Of a stretch of 64,000 nucleotides of DNA, positions 27,595 through 38,277 are shown piece after piece. The stretch lies in the IMG/VR virus record IMGVR_UViG_3300035427_000001. One strand, 5' to 3'. Origin of the DNA: an uncultured virus (IMG/VR IMGVR_UViG_3300035427_000001) (taxonomy: Duplodnaviria; Heunggongvirae; Uroviricota; Caudoviricetes). A program made the translations under genes and the position numbers. Under the pieces are notes generated by a model, which saw only the letters and a program-made list of their open reading frames with translations, was not told the DNA's origin and ran no database searches. Every line of letters starts with the position of its first letter. The first letter of the stretch is position 1.

Positions 27595-28248
27595 ATGGGA
27601 AAAAGTAAAGGAAATAACGGTTCAGAGCTTCATCGATTAAAACCTATGCAAGAATATGATGAAGCTACTTTCAACAGACTTTATAAAGTTTGTAAGCCAG
27701 TAATTAGAAACCTTACCAGACAGATTGATTATAAACGGTTTAATCTTACACCGGATATTATCCAATCTTATTTCTGGGATAAGATGTTATTTGTTTTCAA
27801 CAAATACTATGGTGAATGTACTGAAGAACATCTTAAAGCAAGAATCCTTGCATCACTTAGTACATTCAAAAATAAATTGCTTCGTTCTGCATACGGAGAA
27901 CAGGCAGAGTATAATCAAAGCCTCTTTAAACTCGATGACTTATTCGATAATGATAAAGAATTAGAGGATGATACCGAAGAAGAGAAAGCTAAATCGGAAA
28001 TGCTTGATATGATGTATACTTATATGAAAGATAAGCTTTCTCCAGATGCCTATCTTTTGTTTGAGGTATTAATTACTCCTCCCCCTTTTATCAAGGAAAG
28101 GCTTGAAAATAGTACTCGAATAACTAATATAATGCTTATCGAATTTTTCGAAATGCCTAAGACTAATGAGTCTATGAGATACATCTCGGAACTTAGACAA
28201 GATATACAATATTGGGAAGACCGAGCTAAAGAAGAACTTAAGTATTAA
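27595..28248 (+). CDS. Putative phage RNA polymerase sigma-factor-like protein
   Basis: FNRLYKVCKPVIRNL...DIIQ..W (region-2-like), LSPDAYLLFEVL (region-4 start); only convincing plus-strand gene. Confidence 0.6.
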   Translation: MGKSKGNNGSELHRLKPMQEYDEATFNRLYKVCKPVIRNLTRQIDYKRFNLTPDIIQSYFWDKMLFVFNKYYGECTEEHLKARILASLSTFKNKLLRSAYGEQAEYNQSLFKLDDLFDNDKELEDDTEEEKAKSEMLDMMYTYMKDKLSPDAYLLFEVLITPPPFIKERLENSTRITNIMLIEFFEMPKTNESMRYISELRQDIQYWEDRAKEELKY

Positions 28249-28251
28249 CAC

Positions 28252-28285
28252 AAAAGAAAAGGGGCGTTTCCCAACGTCCCTCTCC
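28252..28285 (-). terminator. Terminator between the convergent sigma-like gene and the tail operon
   Basis: Minus strand GGGACGTT-GGGA-AACGCCCC followed by TTTTCTTTT. Confidence 0.65.
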
Positions 28286-28392
28286 CAATTAATTTTTACT
28301 ACGCAAAACACAGATTGTAAACAAATGTTTACTCTTAAACAATACAAATAATACACATGAGTTTTAATACTACTAAATAACTAATAACAACT

Positions 28393-29748
28393 TTATGATG
28401 ATATCTTTTGGATATATCGTAATGTAATAGTCGGTGGCAATTTTTCAATATCCAAAGTTTCTACCGAAGTTTCTTGTAAGAAAGCTTCCCCTAATAGGTT
28501 CCAGCTTACTACGATAGCACCATCTTGAATACCCTTGGTAGGGGTTCCTCTACCGAAATCACCATTCAATCCTGTCTCCCTATTAAAGAAAGATTGAGGA
28601 CGAACGTTCTGCCAGTTATTGGCATTATCTTGTTTACCTTTAGATACACCAAGAGCATGCCTATGCTTAGGAAGGTCATCACCTTTAATTGAGATTAAGA
28701 AGTTACCCTTAGTGGGTGTATAGTAATCTCCGACATTCTGTAGCATTACTTCATCTCCAATCTGAACTCCTCCAGCTTGGTAACCAATAACTATTCTACC
28801 AGCTGCCTTAGTATATTCTGCCCAGCCCTCCGGTATTACATCGGTTTCCCAAAGAATGATAGAACCTATTGGTAAGTTAGCAGTACTCAGAGATTCAGAG
28901 AATTCTTTTCTGATAGCCTCAATCTGACTATCGATGTATTGCTTGATATTTAACTTAGTACCCGATTCATCTACTACTGGAAAGCCTGAATTTATCTGTT
29001 CTACTCTTTTCACTGATTCTTTCATCATACTCTGGGCAGCAGTAGTATAAGGGATTTCTTGGAACTTACCCTGATAGGGTACGATAGCAAAGTTCTCATT
29101 TCGTTTGGTCATTGCATCAGTACCCTTACCGTATACTCCGATAAGAACAACGGAAGTTTTATTATTAGAGTAATAAGGGCAAGCACTCTCTACCGTCTCT
29201 AGAAGATTGCTATAGGTCATATCGTAATTAGAATATACATCATTATTAATGATATCCGGTGTACGATTCTCTTCGGCAATCGGATAATAAATATCCAGAG
29301 ACTTTTTAAACAAGGTGTAGAAGCTTTCGGAGGATTCATTCCAATAAGCTACAAAGTCTACTGGATTATCTACTGGTTCAGAAATAGTAGTATGTACTGC
29401 AAAGAGTAATACTTCTTCTGTTGAACCTTGGGTACCTTGGATGTTCTCAATAGTAATCGTTTGTTCATCGGATATAAATACATACCCATCTCTTGAAATA
29501 CATCCAAAGTTCACGTCTGGCAATTCTCCATCTTCTGAAGCCTTTGCCATATACCTTGCCATAATCCTATCCTTGATTACATTGGCATACTTACTTCCAG
29601 CAACTCCCTGAGGAGATACCACTAACTTGTTACCATTTATGGTAGCTGAGCCAAATCCACAGAATGGCCCTAAACCAGAAGGAGCAGCAATTGCCTCTGC
29701 TGCTTCCTTTGATTTAATAATACCTTCATACTTAAAGTACGTCTTCAT
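28393..29748 (-). CDS. Baseplate / tail-fibre-related protein (likely start MKTYFKY)
   Basis: C-terminal LPIGSIILW...IPEGW...GRIVIG...LPKHRH...LPP...YIQK collar-like pattern. Confidence 0.7.
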   Translation of the reverse strand: MKTYFKYEGIIKSKEAAEAIAAPSGLGPFCGFGSATINGNKLVVSPQGVAGSKYANVIKDRIMARYMAKASEDGELPDVNFGCISRDGYVFISDEQTITIENIQGTQGSTEEVLLFAVHTTISEPVDNPVDFVAYWNESSESFYTLFKKSLDIYYPIAEENRTPDIINNDVYSNYDMTYSNLLETVESACPYYSNNKTSVVLIGVYGKGTDAMTKRNENFAIVPYQGKFQEIPYTTAAQSMMKESVKRVEQINSGFPVVDESGTKLNIKQYIDSQIEAIRKEFSESLSTANLPIGSIILWETDVIPEGWAEYTKAAGRIVIGYQAGGVQIGDEVMLQNVGDYYTPTKGNFLISIKGDDLPKHRHALGVSKGKQDNANNWQNVRPQSFFNRETGLNGDFGRGTPTKGIQDGAIVVSWNLLGEAFLQETSVETLDIEKLPPTITLRYIQKISS

Positions 29749-30265
29749 TGTCCTTAGTATTTTTAAATTGATTCTTTTGTTCTGACATATCCTTAAATGC
29801 TTCACCTACATCCTTGAACTTTAAGGTTAACAATTTAAAGAGTATTCTCCATATACTATACCGTTTCTTAATACCATGTATTTCACAGATGTGTCCATAT
29901 ATACTATCTATTTCGAAACAGTAGCAAATTACCATAACCGTTATTGATACTACTATTGGGTTCATCCCATAGGGTTCTCCAATAGCTTTACCAAGTACAG
30001 CACCAAGTAGAACATAACAAATATAATCTACTATTTTGTTTAGAGTTCTTCTTCCAGCTCTAGATTTTCGAATTTCGATTTTCTGTAACCTACTTGCCGA
30101 TAACCCAAACCATAAATCTGATAGGATTAGAATTATTGCAAGAATTATCATCCATCTCAAATCATACAAGATTTGTGTACACTCTCCCAATATACCCACA
30201 GTGAATGTCTTGAATAAAGCCTGAGTTGTGGTCTCTGTTACCCTATCGATTGTTGAATTTATCAT
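29732..30265 (-). CDS. Phage holin (likely start MINST)
   Basis: Three hydrophobic segments; SDLWFG...KSRAGRRTLNKIVDY...EIDSIYGH. Confidence 0.75.
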   Translation of the reverse strand: MINSTIDRVTETTTQALFKTFTVGILGECTQILYDLRWMIILAIILILSDLWFGLSASRLQKIEIRKSRAGRRTLNKIVDYICYVLLGAVLGKAIGEPYGMNPIVVSITVMVICYCFEIDSIYGHICEIHGIKKRYSIWRILFKLLTLKFKDVGEAFKDMSEQKNQFKNTKDNEDVL

Positions 30266-32724
30266 TGTTCTACTATTTGCCAAGATTGATTACTGTAAGT
30301 TGTAATGGTAAATGTTTTCTCTGAGAGGTCATCATGTTCCCATTCTAACTTTTGAGGACTAACGCTTAAGAGGTCTGCATCTACTACCGTGAACTTAGTT
30401 CTCTTTGAAGTATCTACGACAGATTCAAAGATATATTCACCAGCTTGGGCAGTAACGAATTCATACCCAGCACCACCTGCGTCATAAGTAGTTACTTTAC
30501 CAACTTCCCTTATTCGACTATCGAAGTCTGGTTTATTAGAAGTACACTTGATTAAAGTAAATACCTGTTTAACATTCCCCTTTAATTCTGCATAAGGGGG
30601 AGTACAAGAAATCTCGATGATTGTAGGATAATCTTCCAATATTACTTGGCATCTTAAAGAAGAACCATCATCCGCTACAAAGGTATAAGTCCCAGCCTTG
30701 GTAAGAGTAATCTCTTCATCAAGGTTATAGGTTTCCCCATTCTCATCACAAGTAGCAGTACCACTTACATTGACCCCATTTTTCATTTCCTCAAGATGGA
30801 ACTTACAAGCAGACTTTTCATCCAATAGGTGGTATACTGCATAAGTATCATCTATCTGATCTTCTGGTAATGCCCAGTTGGGTTCTTTCCAATGACTGTC
30901 TGTAGCATCCGAAGGTACTATCTTTAATTTATTCTGATATACTACTGGAGAATTATTAACTACCAAAGTAGTCTTAGCAATAGGGTAAGCTACAGACTGG
31001 AAGGTATAAGTCCCTGCCCTATTTGCAGTATATACATAGCCATTCTGAGCATTAAAGGTTTCCCCAGTTTCAATTACCCTTACTCTGTAATCACCCCCAT
31101 TACCAGAAATACGTTGTATCTTTACTGTAGCTTTTGCAGAGCCGTTGAATAATGTGACTGTTGGTGGGCTAACAGTAATTCGATATACTGCAGTCTTACC
31201 AGATACTACTTCGAATATACCTACACCTTCATCGGTTTCCCTTTTATCCAGTGTACATTTAAACTTATAAGTACCATAACTATTAGCAGTAAACTTATCA
31301 CCGTTCTTAAACAACTTAGTATCACCAATTAGCCTACAATATAGTTCACCAGTAAATGATTCTGGGTAATTCGATTCGATGGTAAGAGTGGTAGTAGCAT
31401 CCTTGATACTTTGCTTATCCCCAACTCTAAATTCAGAAGGTGTACATCTTACCTTATATGTAATCTCTTCTCGAGTTACAACAAAGGAAGTTTGCTTTAC
31501 TGGGAACTCTACAATCTCAAAAATGTAGGTACCAGGCTCTGAAAATTCCCAAGTTGAGCCAGAGACTTTCACTATATCAGTACCGGATAATCGTACATTA
31601 CAGGTTTTCACGGTACCCTTATAGGATACGTTTGCCCTTACTACTGTACTTACTTTTAGGTTAGTAGGAGTTATCTTTCCAGTAATAGGGTCACAAGTAA
31701 TAGAATATACTCGATTATAAGATTCTTGATTAACCGTGATTTGAGTTACCTTAGTAGGGTCTCCCACACTTCTAAAATAATAAGTACCTGCTCTGGGTAT
31801 ATTAAAAATGGAACCACTTTCGTGTTTAGTGTAACCCCAATTTATATTATCACTGGATATCTGATATCTTAGGTCGGCATTTATCCAATCTGAAGTTACA
31901 GTTACCTTTACCGGTACTTCATATACCTCTGAAGTAATAAGATTGGGTTGGTCCGGATTTACTAACTCAGCTTTAATTGTATACCCATCATTTACGGTAA
32001 ACCCATATTGAATATCGAAAGATACATGATAGGGTATGAATCTTTTAAAGAAAGCCTCTACGGCTTCTCTAAATTTTCTGAAAGCTGCCGAGTTCGAAGT
32101 ATATCCATGACCGGTAAGTCTAAAGGTTACCGGTATACATTGAGAACAATCGAAAGTATTATCATAGGTATACTTATCGTCATAATGGTAATACTGGTCA
32201 AAGTGCGGATTACCTTTTACCCAACCATCATAACTATCAGCCTTTGCAGGGTCGGTTACTACGCAGGTTAACCCATACAGCCTCATCATTATTTCGAAGA
32301 ACTCAGAGGTACCTCTTATTTTAAAAAGAGATATCGAATACTTCAGGATGTTTCTTACTTGAGTACTGGTTAAAGTAAAGGGTCCCTCCTTTGGTATTAT
32401 CCAAAGCTTAGATAACTCTTGGAGTTTATCATCGGAGTAGAACCCATTAAAGTACTCTGCCCATTTCTGTGCATCTATAGTGTTCCCATAAGCAAAGGGC
32501 ATTTCTCCGAGGAATTGCCAAAGGAAATTGAGATACATATCCGGAGCCTTATCTATATCGATAATGTCCAAGATATTCTCAATATCCTTTGTAATGTAAT
32601 CTTCAAAATGCTCTCCACAAATTTCTAGAAACCTCTCTAAGATGCCTTTGCCATTTACCTTATATGTATCTTGAGCTTTATACTCGAATGGCAAAAAGTC
32701 GATTAGATTTTTGAGGTTTATCAT
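30262..32724 (-). CDS. Baseplate wedge P2 gpI-like protein with repeated Ig-like domains
   Basis: DIDKAPDMYLNFL, LFKIRGT in the N-terminus; recurring (A/P)GTY.F.SV beta repeats. Confidence 0.75.
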   Translation of the reverse strand: MINLKNLIDFLPFEYKAQDTYKVNGKGILERFLEICGEHFEDYITKDIENILDIIDIDKAPDMYLNFLWQFLGEMPFAYGNTIDAQKWAEYFNGFYSDDKLQELSKLWIIPKEGPFTLTSTQVRNILKYSISLFKIRGTSEFFEIMMRLYGLTCVVTDPAKADSYDGWVKGNPHFDQYYHYDDKYTYDNTFDCSQCIPVTFRLTGHGYTSNSAAFRKFREAVEAFFKRFIPYHVSFDIQYGFTVNDGYTIKAELVNPDQPNLITSEVYEVPVKVTVTSDWINADLRYQISSDNINWGYTKHESGSIFNIPRAGTYYFRSVGDPTKVTQITVNQESYNRVYSITCDPITGKITPTNLKVSTVVRANVSYKGTVKTCNVRLSGTDIVKVSGSTWEFSEPGTYIFEIVEFPVKQTSFVVTREEITYKVRCTPSEFRVGDKQSIKDATTTLTIESNYPESFTGELYCRLIGDTKLFKNGDKFTANSYGTYKFKCTLDKRETDEGVGIFEVVSGKTAVYRITVSPPTVTLFNGSAKATVKIQRISGNGGDYRVRVIETGETFNAQNGYVYTANRAGTYTFQSVAYPIAKTTLVVNNSPVVYQNKLKIVPSDATDSHWKEPNWALPEDQIDDTYAVYHLLDEKSACKFHLEEMKNGVNVSGTATCDENGETYNLDEEITLTKAGTYTFVADDGSSLRCQVILEDYPTIIEISCTPPYAELKGNVKQVFTLIKCTSNKPDFDSRIREVGKVTTYDAGGAGYEFVTAQAGEYIFESVVDTSKRTKFTVVDADLLSVSPQKLEWEHDDLSEKTFTITTYSNQSWQIVEQ

Positions 32725-34445
32725 TATACAATTTCTTTTACGGTTAAAGTCAATTGTGAAGCATTTTCGAATACTGGTAAATTAAAACCGGGGTCTTCAT
32801 AATCATGGTTAGGTTCTGATACCGTAATAGAATACCGATAGCCCGATTGATAGCTGTTGTTCTGAATGTCCAAAGAGAAATCAAAACCATTAGCTTTATC
32901 GATAATCTGGATAGAGCTACCAACTGAGCCAGTAGTTACATAACCATTTGATACCGAACGTACTGTAAAGGTAGTTGAGGAATTGAAGGTTATGGAGTAG
33001 GTCATAGAACCCTTTGCCTTGTTTAATTTAAACTGGCCCAGGTTTAATTCTTTATTACCATAGATGGTAGTAGGCCAAGGTTTAATATAGAATTTAGTAA
33101 GGTGAAGGTAATCTACTGTTGATAAGTTATCTATTAAGGCATAGATATCTGATAACCTTACGCTTCCTCCTATCTGAGCTTGCTCTGGAGAATGGGCATT
33201 GTATAATGCTGTAAGAATTTGAGTTTGTATCTCTGCAGTCTTATAAGACTTCTTACCGGTAACATCCATCTCTAGAATAATCTGAACCTTGCCTGCAGAT
33301 TTAACCTTTAACCAAGTAGTCATAGGAGCCCTTTGGGATAATAAATTATATACCCTATTAATTAATTCAGAAGAAGCAACTGCTCCACCATCTGGGCTAA
33401 TATATACGGTAAGCTTTCTACCGCATTCATAATCGGCTTTAGCTTTGTTTACCCCATCAACTAACATAGCTAAACTTTCGAAATCCTCTTTGGTAATTGC
33501 TACTCCCAAAGTCTTTACACTCAAAGGTATATGTTCTTTGAGCATTGTAAAGTTTTCATAGTTTGAACCACCTCCGGCATCGTAAGCATTACTTACGGTA
33601 GCATCAGTAATTGAAGAAGAGATTACTGAAGGTACAGAAGTAATAGTATTACTCTTTACATTACCCTGAGTACCATTGGTTAAGTAGAATACCACATTGG
33701 TTATTTTTGCTCCTGCTGCAGGCTTCTTACCAAAGGTACCATCTCCAAACATTATATAAGGATTGAGTGCCTCATCTACTGAAACCATGAAATGCTTATC
33801 TGTGGGTTTGGATTTTGCAAATGTATCTACTAATACCCAAGTTTCCCCACCTATCTGTAATGACATAGAGCCTTGTTCATAATACTTACCATTGGGTAGA
33901 GTACCAAGATGAATTATAACTCTATCTCCAGTGGGTATTACCATATTATTGAGAGCGCTTGCAGTATACTTCTCATGTTGTATAATTGGTACTTTACAAG
34001 TGGTTACATTTGAATACCAAGTTACGTCTCTGGCAGATAACCAGGAATTACCACTAGAATCTGTAAATAAAGTTCCTTGAGGTATAGTTAATTTAGCTCC
34101 GATAGAATTACCAGTAATACTTCTGGATAAGATTACATCTACTGTAGCAGCAATTGCTGCTCGAGCATGATAATCTACCAAAGCCCCATGTTTAACTACC
34201 GAATCATACCTTCTTGCCGTAGATAGGAAAGTTTCCCTTGCCATGTTATCTACATAGTAGTGAAGTACTTCGGCAATTGCCGCAAATAATGAGAGGATGA
34301 TAATTAAGATGTTCCCCTCCGAATAATCCGTTATGAGTTTCTGACCTTGAGGGTCTTTGAGTCCCATAAGGGATTCAACCAGCTTGGCCTTAATCTGTTG
34401 ATAAGACCTCTGGTATGGGTTAAGCCATTTATTTGTGATTCCCAT
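32724..34445 (-). CDS. Baseplate wedge protein (T4 gp6 / P2 gpJ-like)
   Basis: ETFLSTARRYDSV, FGDGTFGKKP, GGSNYE, AITKEDFE. Confidence 0.88.
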   Translation of the reverse strand: MGITNKWLNPYQRSYQQIKAKLVESLMGLKDPQGQKLITDYSEGNILIIILSLFAAIAEVLHYYVDNMARETFLSTARRYDSVVKHGALVDYHARAAIAATVDVILSRSITGNSIGAKLTIPQGTLFTDSSGNSWLSARDVTWYSNVTTCKVPIIQHEKYTASALNNMVIPTGDRVIIHLGTLPNGKYYEQGSMSLQIGGETWVLVDTFAKSKPTDKHFMVSVDEALNPYIMFGDGTFGKKPAAGAKITNVVFYLTNGTQGNVKSNTITSVPSVISSSITDATVSNAYDAGGGSNYENFTMLKEHIPLSVKTLGVAITKEDFESLAMLVDGVNKAKADYECGRKLTVYISPDGGAVASSELINRVYNLLSQRAPMTTWLKVKSAGKVQIILEMDVTGKKSYKTAEIQTQILTALYNAHSPEQAQIGGSVRLSDIYALIDNLSTVDYLHLTKFYIKPWPTTIYGNKELNLGQFKLNKAKGSMTYSITFNSSTTFTVRSVSNGYVTTGSVGSSIQIIDKANGFDFSLDIQNNSYQSGYRYSITVSEPNHDYEDPGFNLPVFENASQLTLTVKEIV

Positions 34446-34446
34446 A

Positions 34447-34872
34447 TTATTGTGTATTTAATGAATTATCCGACCGGTCATAGGTGATATCGAGGTACTG
34501 ACTAGAATTTGTTCCATTTACTATATATGTTACTTCTATGTGTATTTTTGCATCAACTCTAGTAACCGTGATATTTTGGAAGGTTATCCTTTGTTCCCAA
34601 GCACCTATGGCTTGTTTTAAAAACTCTTTAATTATAAAACTTAGGGCTTGTGAGTTTGGTTCCTCAATACATTGCCATAGTTTACTACCAAAGTTTTCCT
34701 GTCGAAATCTCTGGCCTATCATGTAGTATAATATCGAACTTATATTATCTCTGATAAGTTTGAAATCTCCATTTACTGGGTACCAACCTCTTTCACCCTT
34801 TTCATTAGTTGTAAGTTGGATAGGGTAAGTTACACCTATACCAACTAAGTCTGTAAAGTAATTCTTTTCCAT
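34447..34872 (-). CDS. Baseplate wedge gp25/gpW-like protein
   Basis: GQRFRQENFGSKL...EP...AWEQRI. Confidence 0.88.
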   Translation of the reverse strand: MEKNYFTDLVGIGVTYPIQLTTNEKGERGWYPVNGDFKLIRDNISSILYYMIGQRFRQENFGSKLWQCIEEPNSQALSFIIKEFLKQAIGAWEQRITFQNITVTRVDAKIHIEVTYIVNGTNSSQYLDITYDRSDNSLNTQ

Positions 34873-35594
34873 TAGTGTATGCAGGTTTTATCTTCATAAT
34901 CGTCTACAACGAATTGTGAGAAAGGTTTAATTACTTGAGTTACTGTAGGACCTGAAGAACCGGGTCCAGTAGTTACACCTGGGTGTACATGAGAATTGAA
35001 CATACTGCGAAGTTGTTCTAGTTCTTGGATAGTTTGATTTAGTTTTTCGGTTAATTGGAAAATATTGATTACTCCACCATTTTCTCCAGTATTAAGTATC
35101 ACGGAATCACCAGAAGATATGTTTATATCTTCATCGGCATTTATTACTATTTCTTTCTCTGAACGAACATTTACAGGTCCATTGAAATGTAAATTGAGTT
35201 CTCCGTTATCGTCATCTATGACTATTAAGTTTCCTTCGGGAGTAACTATCCCCATTTTATTGGAACCATCCAATGGTTGAGGTATTTGGCTCATTCCCCA
35301 ACCATGGTATTCCCAGAGTGGTTTAGTTGGGTCTCCAAATTCAAAAGTAACAAATACCGTATCTCCCACTTTAGGGGCTAAGAATTTGAAACCAGAACTA
35401 ATTGAACCATGTTGCCCTTTAGGATATGCCCAAGCAAATACTCCCCCCATTACCTCTGGAACACACACCTTTACTCTGTTCATATGTTTCTCTACATCGT
35501 CATTATCAATAACAATGCCCCGATAAACAGAGTAATACCGACCAAGACCCTCTAAGCCTTCGTCGGTTATTATCTTTGCTGTTTCGTAACTCAT
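34872..35594 (-). CDS. Baseplate spike (gpV/gp5 OB-fold)
   Basis: YRGIV..NDD..RVKV, PKVGDTVFVTFEFGDP, C-terminal HVH metal motif. Confidence 0.88.
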   Translation of the reverse strand: MSYETAKIITDEGLEGLGRYYSVYRGIVIDNDDVEKHMNRVKVCVPEVMGGVFAWAYPKGQHGSISSGFKFLAPKVGDTVFVTFEFGDPTKPLWEYHGWGMSQIPQPLDGSNKMGIVTPEGNLIVIDDDNGELNLHFNGPVNVRSEKEIVINADEDINISSGDSVILNTGENGGVINIFQLTEKLNQTIQELEQLRSMFNSHVHPGVTTGPGSSGPTVTQVIKPFSQFVVDDYEDKTCIH

Positions 35595-35598
35595 ACCC

Positions 35599-37506
35599 TT
35601 ATTTTTCTACATAGATTTGACTTGCAATTCGCTTATGCCTTTTAGCTATGTCTCGGTATACTCGATTAGCTATGGCCATATAATTAAACTTAACCCCATA
35701 ATCTTCAGGCACTTGGATTTGTTTAACTGATATCTTACCAGGAATTAACTTACCCTTAGAGGTAACTGTATTACCTGTAGATAACACTATACCCTCTGCC
35801 AAGGCTTGGGGATTATCGGCATTTACTTCAGTATAATAAGCCTTCTTTCGAATAAACTCAGCTTGACCCTTGATATCAATTATGTCTCCCTTATCATTCA
35901 AGAAATGTTCATTATAGTATACTTTCTCATTATAAGTAAAGTTAAGATTAAGATTCTGAGAAGTACTTAAAGCTTTTTTATCTTGACCCTTTGTAGTTTT
36001 AGCATTAGCTTTAGCATCATTAGCTACGATGTTTTGAGTAGATAAATCAGTTTTAGAAGTTACAGAACCAGACTTGGAATTGTTCTTTACTAATTCCATA
36101 TTAGTTATATACCCTTGACCAGCGTCCATAGAATGAGTACATTGTTTTATATACCAAAGCCCTGACCAACGTTTTCCTACGTTATCTATACGGATTATTT
36201 GAGAAGTTGCTAGCATAGGTCTACCTACTACCTGAAGTTGACATACTAACCTTTTCTCAGTTTGCTTTAAACCACCATTGGCATTAGCATTAGCTGCCCA
36301 AGCATACTTATTGGCACCCCCGTATCTACTAAATAAATTATGATAAAGTTTATAAAGGGGTACCTTGAGATTTACCCTTTTCATATGTCTTACCTTAACC
36401 CTCTTACCATATTGATTTTGACCATAACCCTTAGTAGTATCAACTTCCATATCGGATAATACTTCAGTATAGGGGTCTTTCTTTAAAGCTTCGAAACCTC
36501 TCTCTGAAGCAGGTAGTACTCCCATTTGGAAATTGATACCAGAAGCTATACCTGCTCCGGCCTGTTTAGAAGCATAGCCTTCTGGGTCATAGTCTAAGGG
36601 GTCTACATACTCTTCTACCATAAATTCCATACCATCTTCATCTTCGAAAAGATACATTTCGCATTCTAATAGCTTCTTAAGATTAGCTTCTAATTCTTTA
36701 CCATTCTTAGAATTTCTTAACACTTGTTTAAGGGCATTCTTCTTATCGTCAGGTAACTCATTAGCTACTTGATTAATGGTAGCTCGTACTTCTTCGGTAG
36801 ACATTTCATCGAGTTTTCTTTGCTTACCTGCTTCATAAGCACCTACTGGACCAACTGCTTCATATTCCTCTACCCGCTTTTTATATTCTGCAGTTTTTTC
36901 CATGTTATACTGAAGCTGAGTGTCCCAAGCATCCATTATCTCTGTAGGAGTAGTAGGATGACTTCTATAATCTTCAAACCCATTGCCAGTAATATTAGAC
37001 ACCATAAGGTTATCTACCTGAGCCACGGGAGGTCTTAAAGCTAATGGAGGCTTATCCTCTGGCTCGTTTATATTAGTTGATAATACCGATAAATCTTTAC
37101 TATCTGGGTCTAGAGATGGGGCTAATACTGCTTTAACCCTTTTAGTTATTTCCCGAGTAGCAAAAGATACTCTAAGTACTTCCCCATTCTCTCCTTGATA
37201 TGTATAAGTACATACCGGTTCTTCATGGAATTTCCGATTATGTATGTAGATAATCCCATCTCTTGAATCTACATACCATGGCCCATTAGTGTACCCTTTC
37301 ATCTTCTGTTCTAATTGAACTAAGACGTTCTTGCCCACTAATCCAAAGTCACTATCAATTAAAGCTTTCAAGTCTTCTGGCATAGCTACTTCTGCTACTC
37401 CACTGTATTTGTTAGCATAGAGTACTTTACCAGTAGTAGTACGGGTATTCTCTGTGGGTACCTGTAGTGACTCGTATACTTTATTACTTATTATCTGTTG
37501 TTCCAT
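35599..37506 (-). CDS. Baseplate hub (gpD/gp27-like), C-terminal part with large insertions
   Basis: WYVDSRDGIIYIH, VVGRPML, VGKRWSGLWYIKQCTHS..GYIT. Confidence 0.72.
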   Translation of the reverse strand: MEQQIISNKVYESLQVPTENTRTTTGKVLYANKYSGVAEVAMPEDLKALIDSDFGLVGKNVLVQLEQKMKGYTNGPWYVDSRDGIIYIHNRKFHEEPVCTYTYQGENGEVLRVSFATREITKRVKAVLAPSLDPDSKDLSVLSTNINEPEDKPPLALRPPVAQVDNLMVSNITGNGFEDYRSHPTTPTEIMDAWDTQLQYNMEKTAEYKKRVEEYEAVGPVGAYEAGKQRKLDEMSTEEVRATINQVANELPDDKKNALKQVLRNSKNGKELEANLKKLLECEMYLFEDEDGMEFMVEEYVDPLDYDPEGYASKQAGAGIASGINFQMGVLPASERGFEALKKDPYTEVLSDMEVDTTKGYGQNQYGKRVKVRHMKRVNLKVPLYKLYHNLFSRYGGANKYAWAANANANGGLKQTEKRLVCQLQVVGRPMLATSQIIRIDNVGKRWSGLWYIKQCTHSMDAGQGYITNMELVKNNSKSGSVTSKTDLSTQNIVANDAKANAKTTKGQDKKALSTSQNLNLNFTYNEKVYYNEHFLNDKGDIIDIKGQAEFIRKKAYYTEVNADNPQALAEGIVLSTGNTVTSKGKLIPGKISVKQIQVPEDYGVKFNYMAIANRVYRDIAKRHKRIASQIYVEK

Positions 37507-37997
37507 TACTGAAATATTTCTATGATTACACCAGTAGCATTCCCACAGCCATTGTCTAAATAGGTGGATAATTTATAACCCTCCATGTCCGAATGAACAT
37601 AAGCAGGTTGATATCTTAAATCTCCCGAAGAATCAATGCACTTAATAGTTACATGAGTACCTGTAGAATCAAATACTGCCTCGAACTCCCTTACTTTAAT
37701 TATTTTTATGGGTCCCGATATAAATTGGCCATCAGGGTATATATATCCCCATTGAAGACAAATGTTTTGGTTCTCTTGAATCTCGGCAATATCTACAGTA
37801 TCAGGATTACCCGTATCGAAAGTAATGGTAGCCAAGTTTTCTTTTTCTTCATCATATCTATAACTCCAGGTACTTATATACGCTCCAAGGGGTATACCTG
37901 TAATTGGATTCATTATAGGCATACCTCCAAAATTGAAAAGGGCCAAATAAGGTTGACCCATTCCATTATATAATATAGGTTTCTGTTTAGCTGCCAT
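37506..37997 (-). CDS. Baseplate hub N-terminal-like protein
   Basis: LQWGY and VTIKCID patterns typical of gpD N-termini; TAATG overlap with the next gene. Confidence 0.62.
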   Translation of the reverse strand: MAAKQKPILYNGMGQPYLALFNFGGMPIMNPITGIPLGAYISTWSYRYDEEKENLATITFDTGNPDTVDIAEIQENQNICLQWGYIYPDGQFISGPIKIIKVREFEAVFDSTGTHVTIKCIDSSGDLRYQPAYVHSDMEGYKLSTYLDNGCGNATGVIIEIFQ

Positions 37998-38277
37998 AAG
38001 TCGGTATTCTTATTAGGGTTCCCATTTCTAATTCCTTAAAAGGATTCAGTATCTTATTAGCTTCAGCTATGATGTACCACTTACCAGAATCACCATAATA
38101 CCTGAAAGCAATATTTTGTAGGGTTTCCCCATCTTTAACAGTATGTTGAATATCGTTAGGGGATTCTGGTACTATTGGAGGTTTAGCCTCTAAGGAATAA
38201 TCCCCATCGTTATACTTCAGAGCATAGGCATTATTATATGGGCTAGCTCCCTTTAGGTATTGGTTAACATCAATCAT
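37987..38277 (-). CDS. LysM-domain baseplate protein (gpX-like)
   Basis: HTVKDGETLQNIAFRYYGD...W..IAEAN...LIRIP. Confidence 0.9.
   Translation of the reverse strand: MIDVNQYLKGASPYNNAYALKYNDGDYSLEAKPPIVPESPNDIQHTVKDGETLQNIAFRYYGDSGKWYIIAEANKILNPFKELEMGTLIRIPTYGS

Noticed and set aside
28248..30283. Endolysin next to the holin; tRNA or integrase genes anywhere in the window
   Set aside because: None recognisable here; they may lie outside the window
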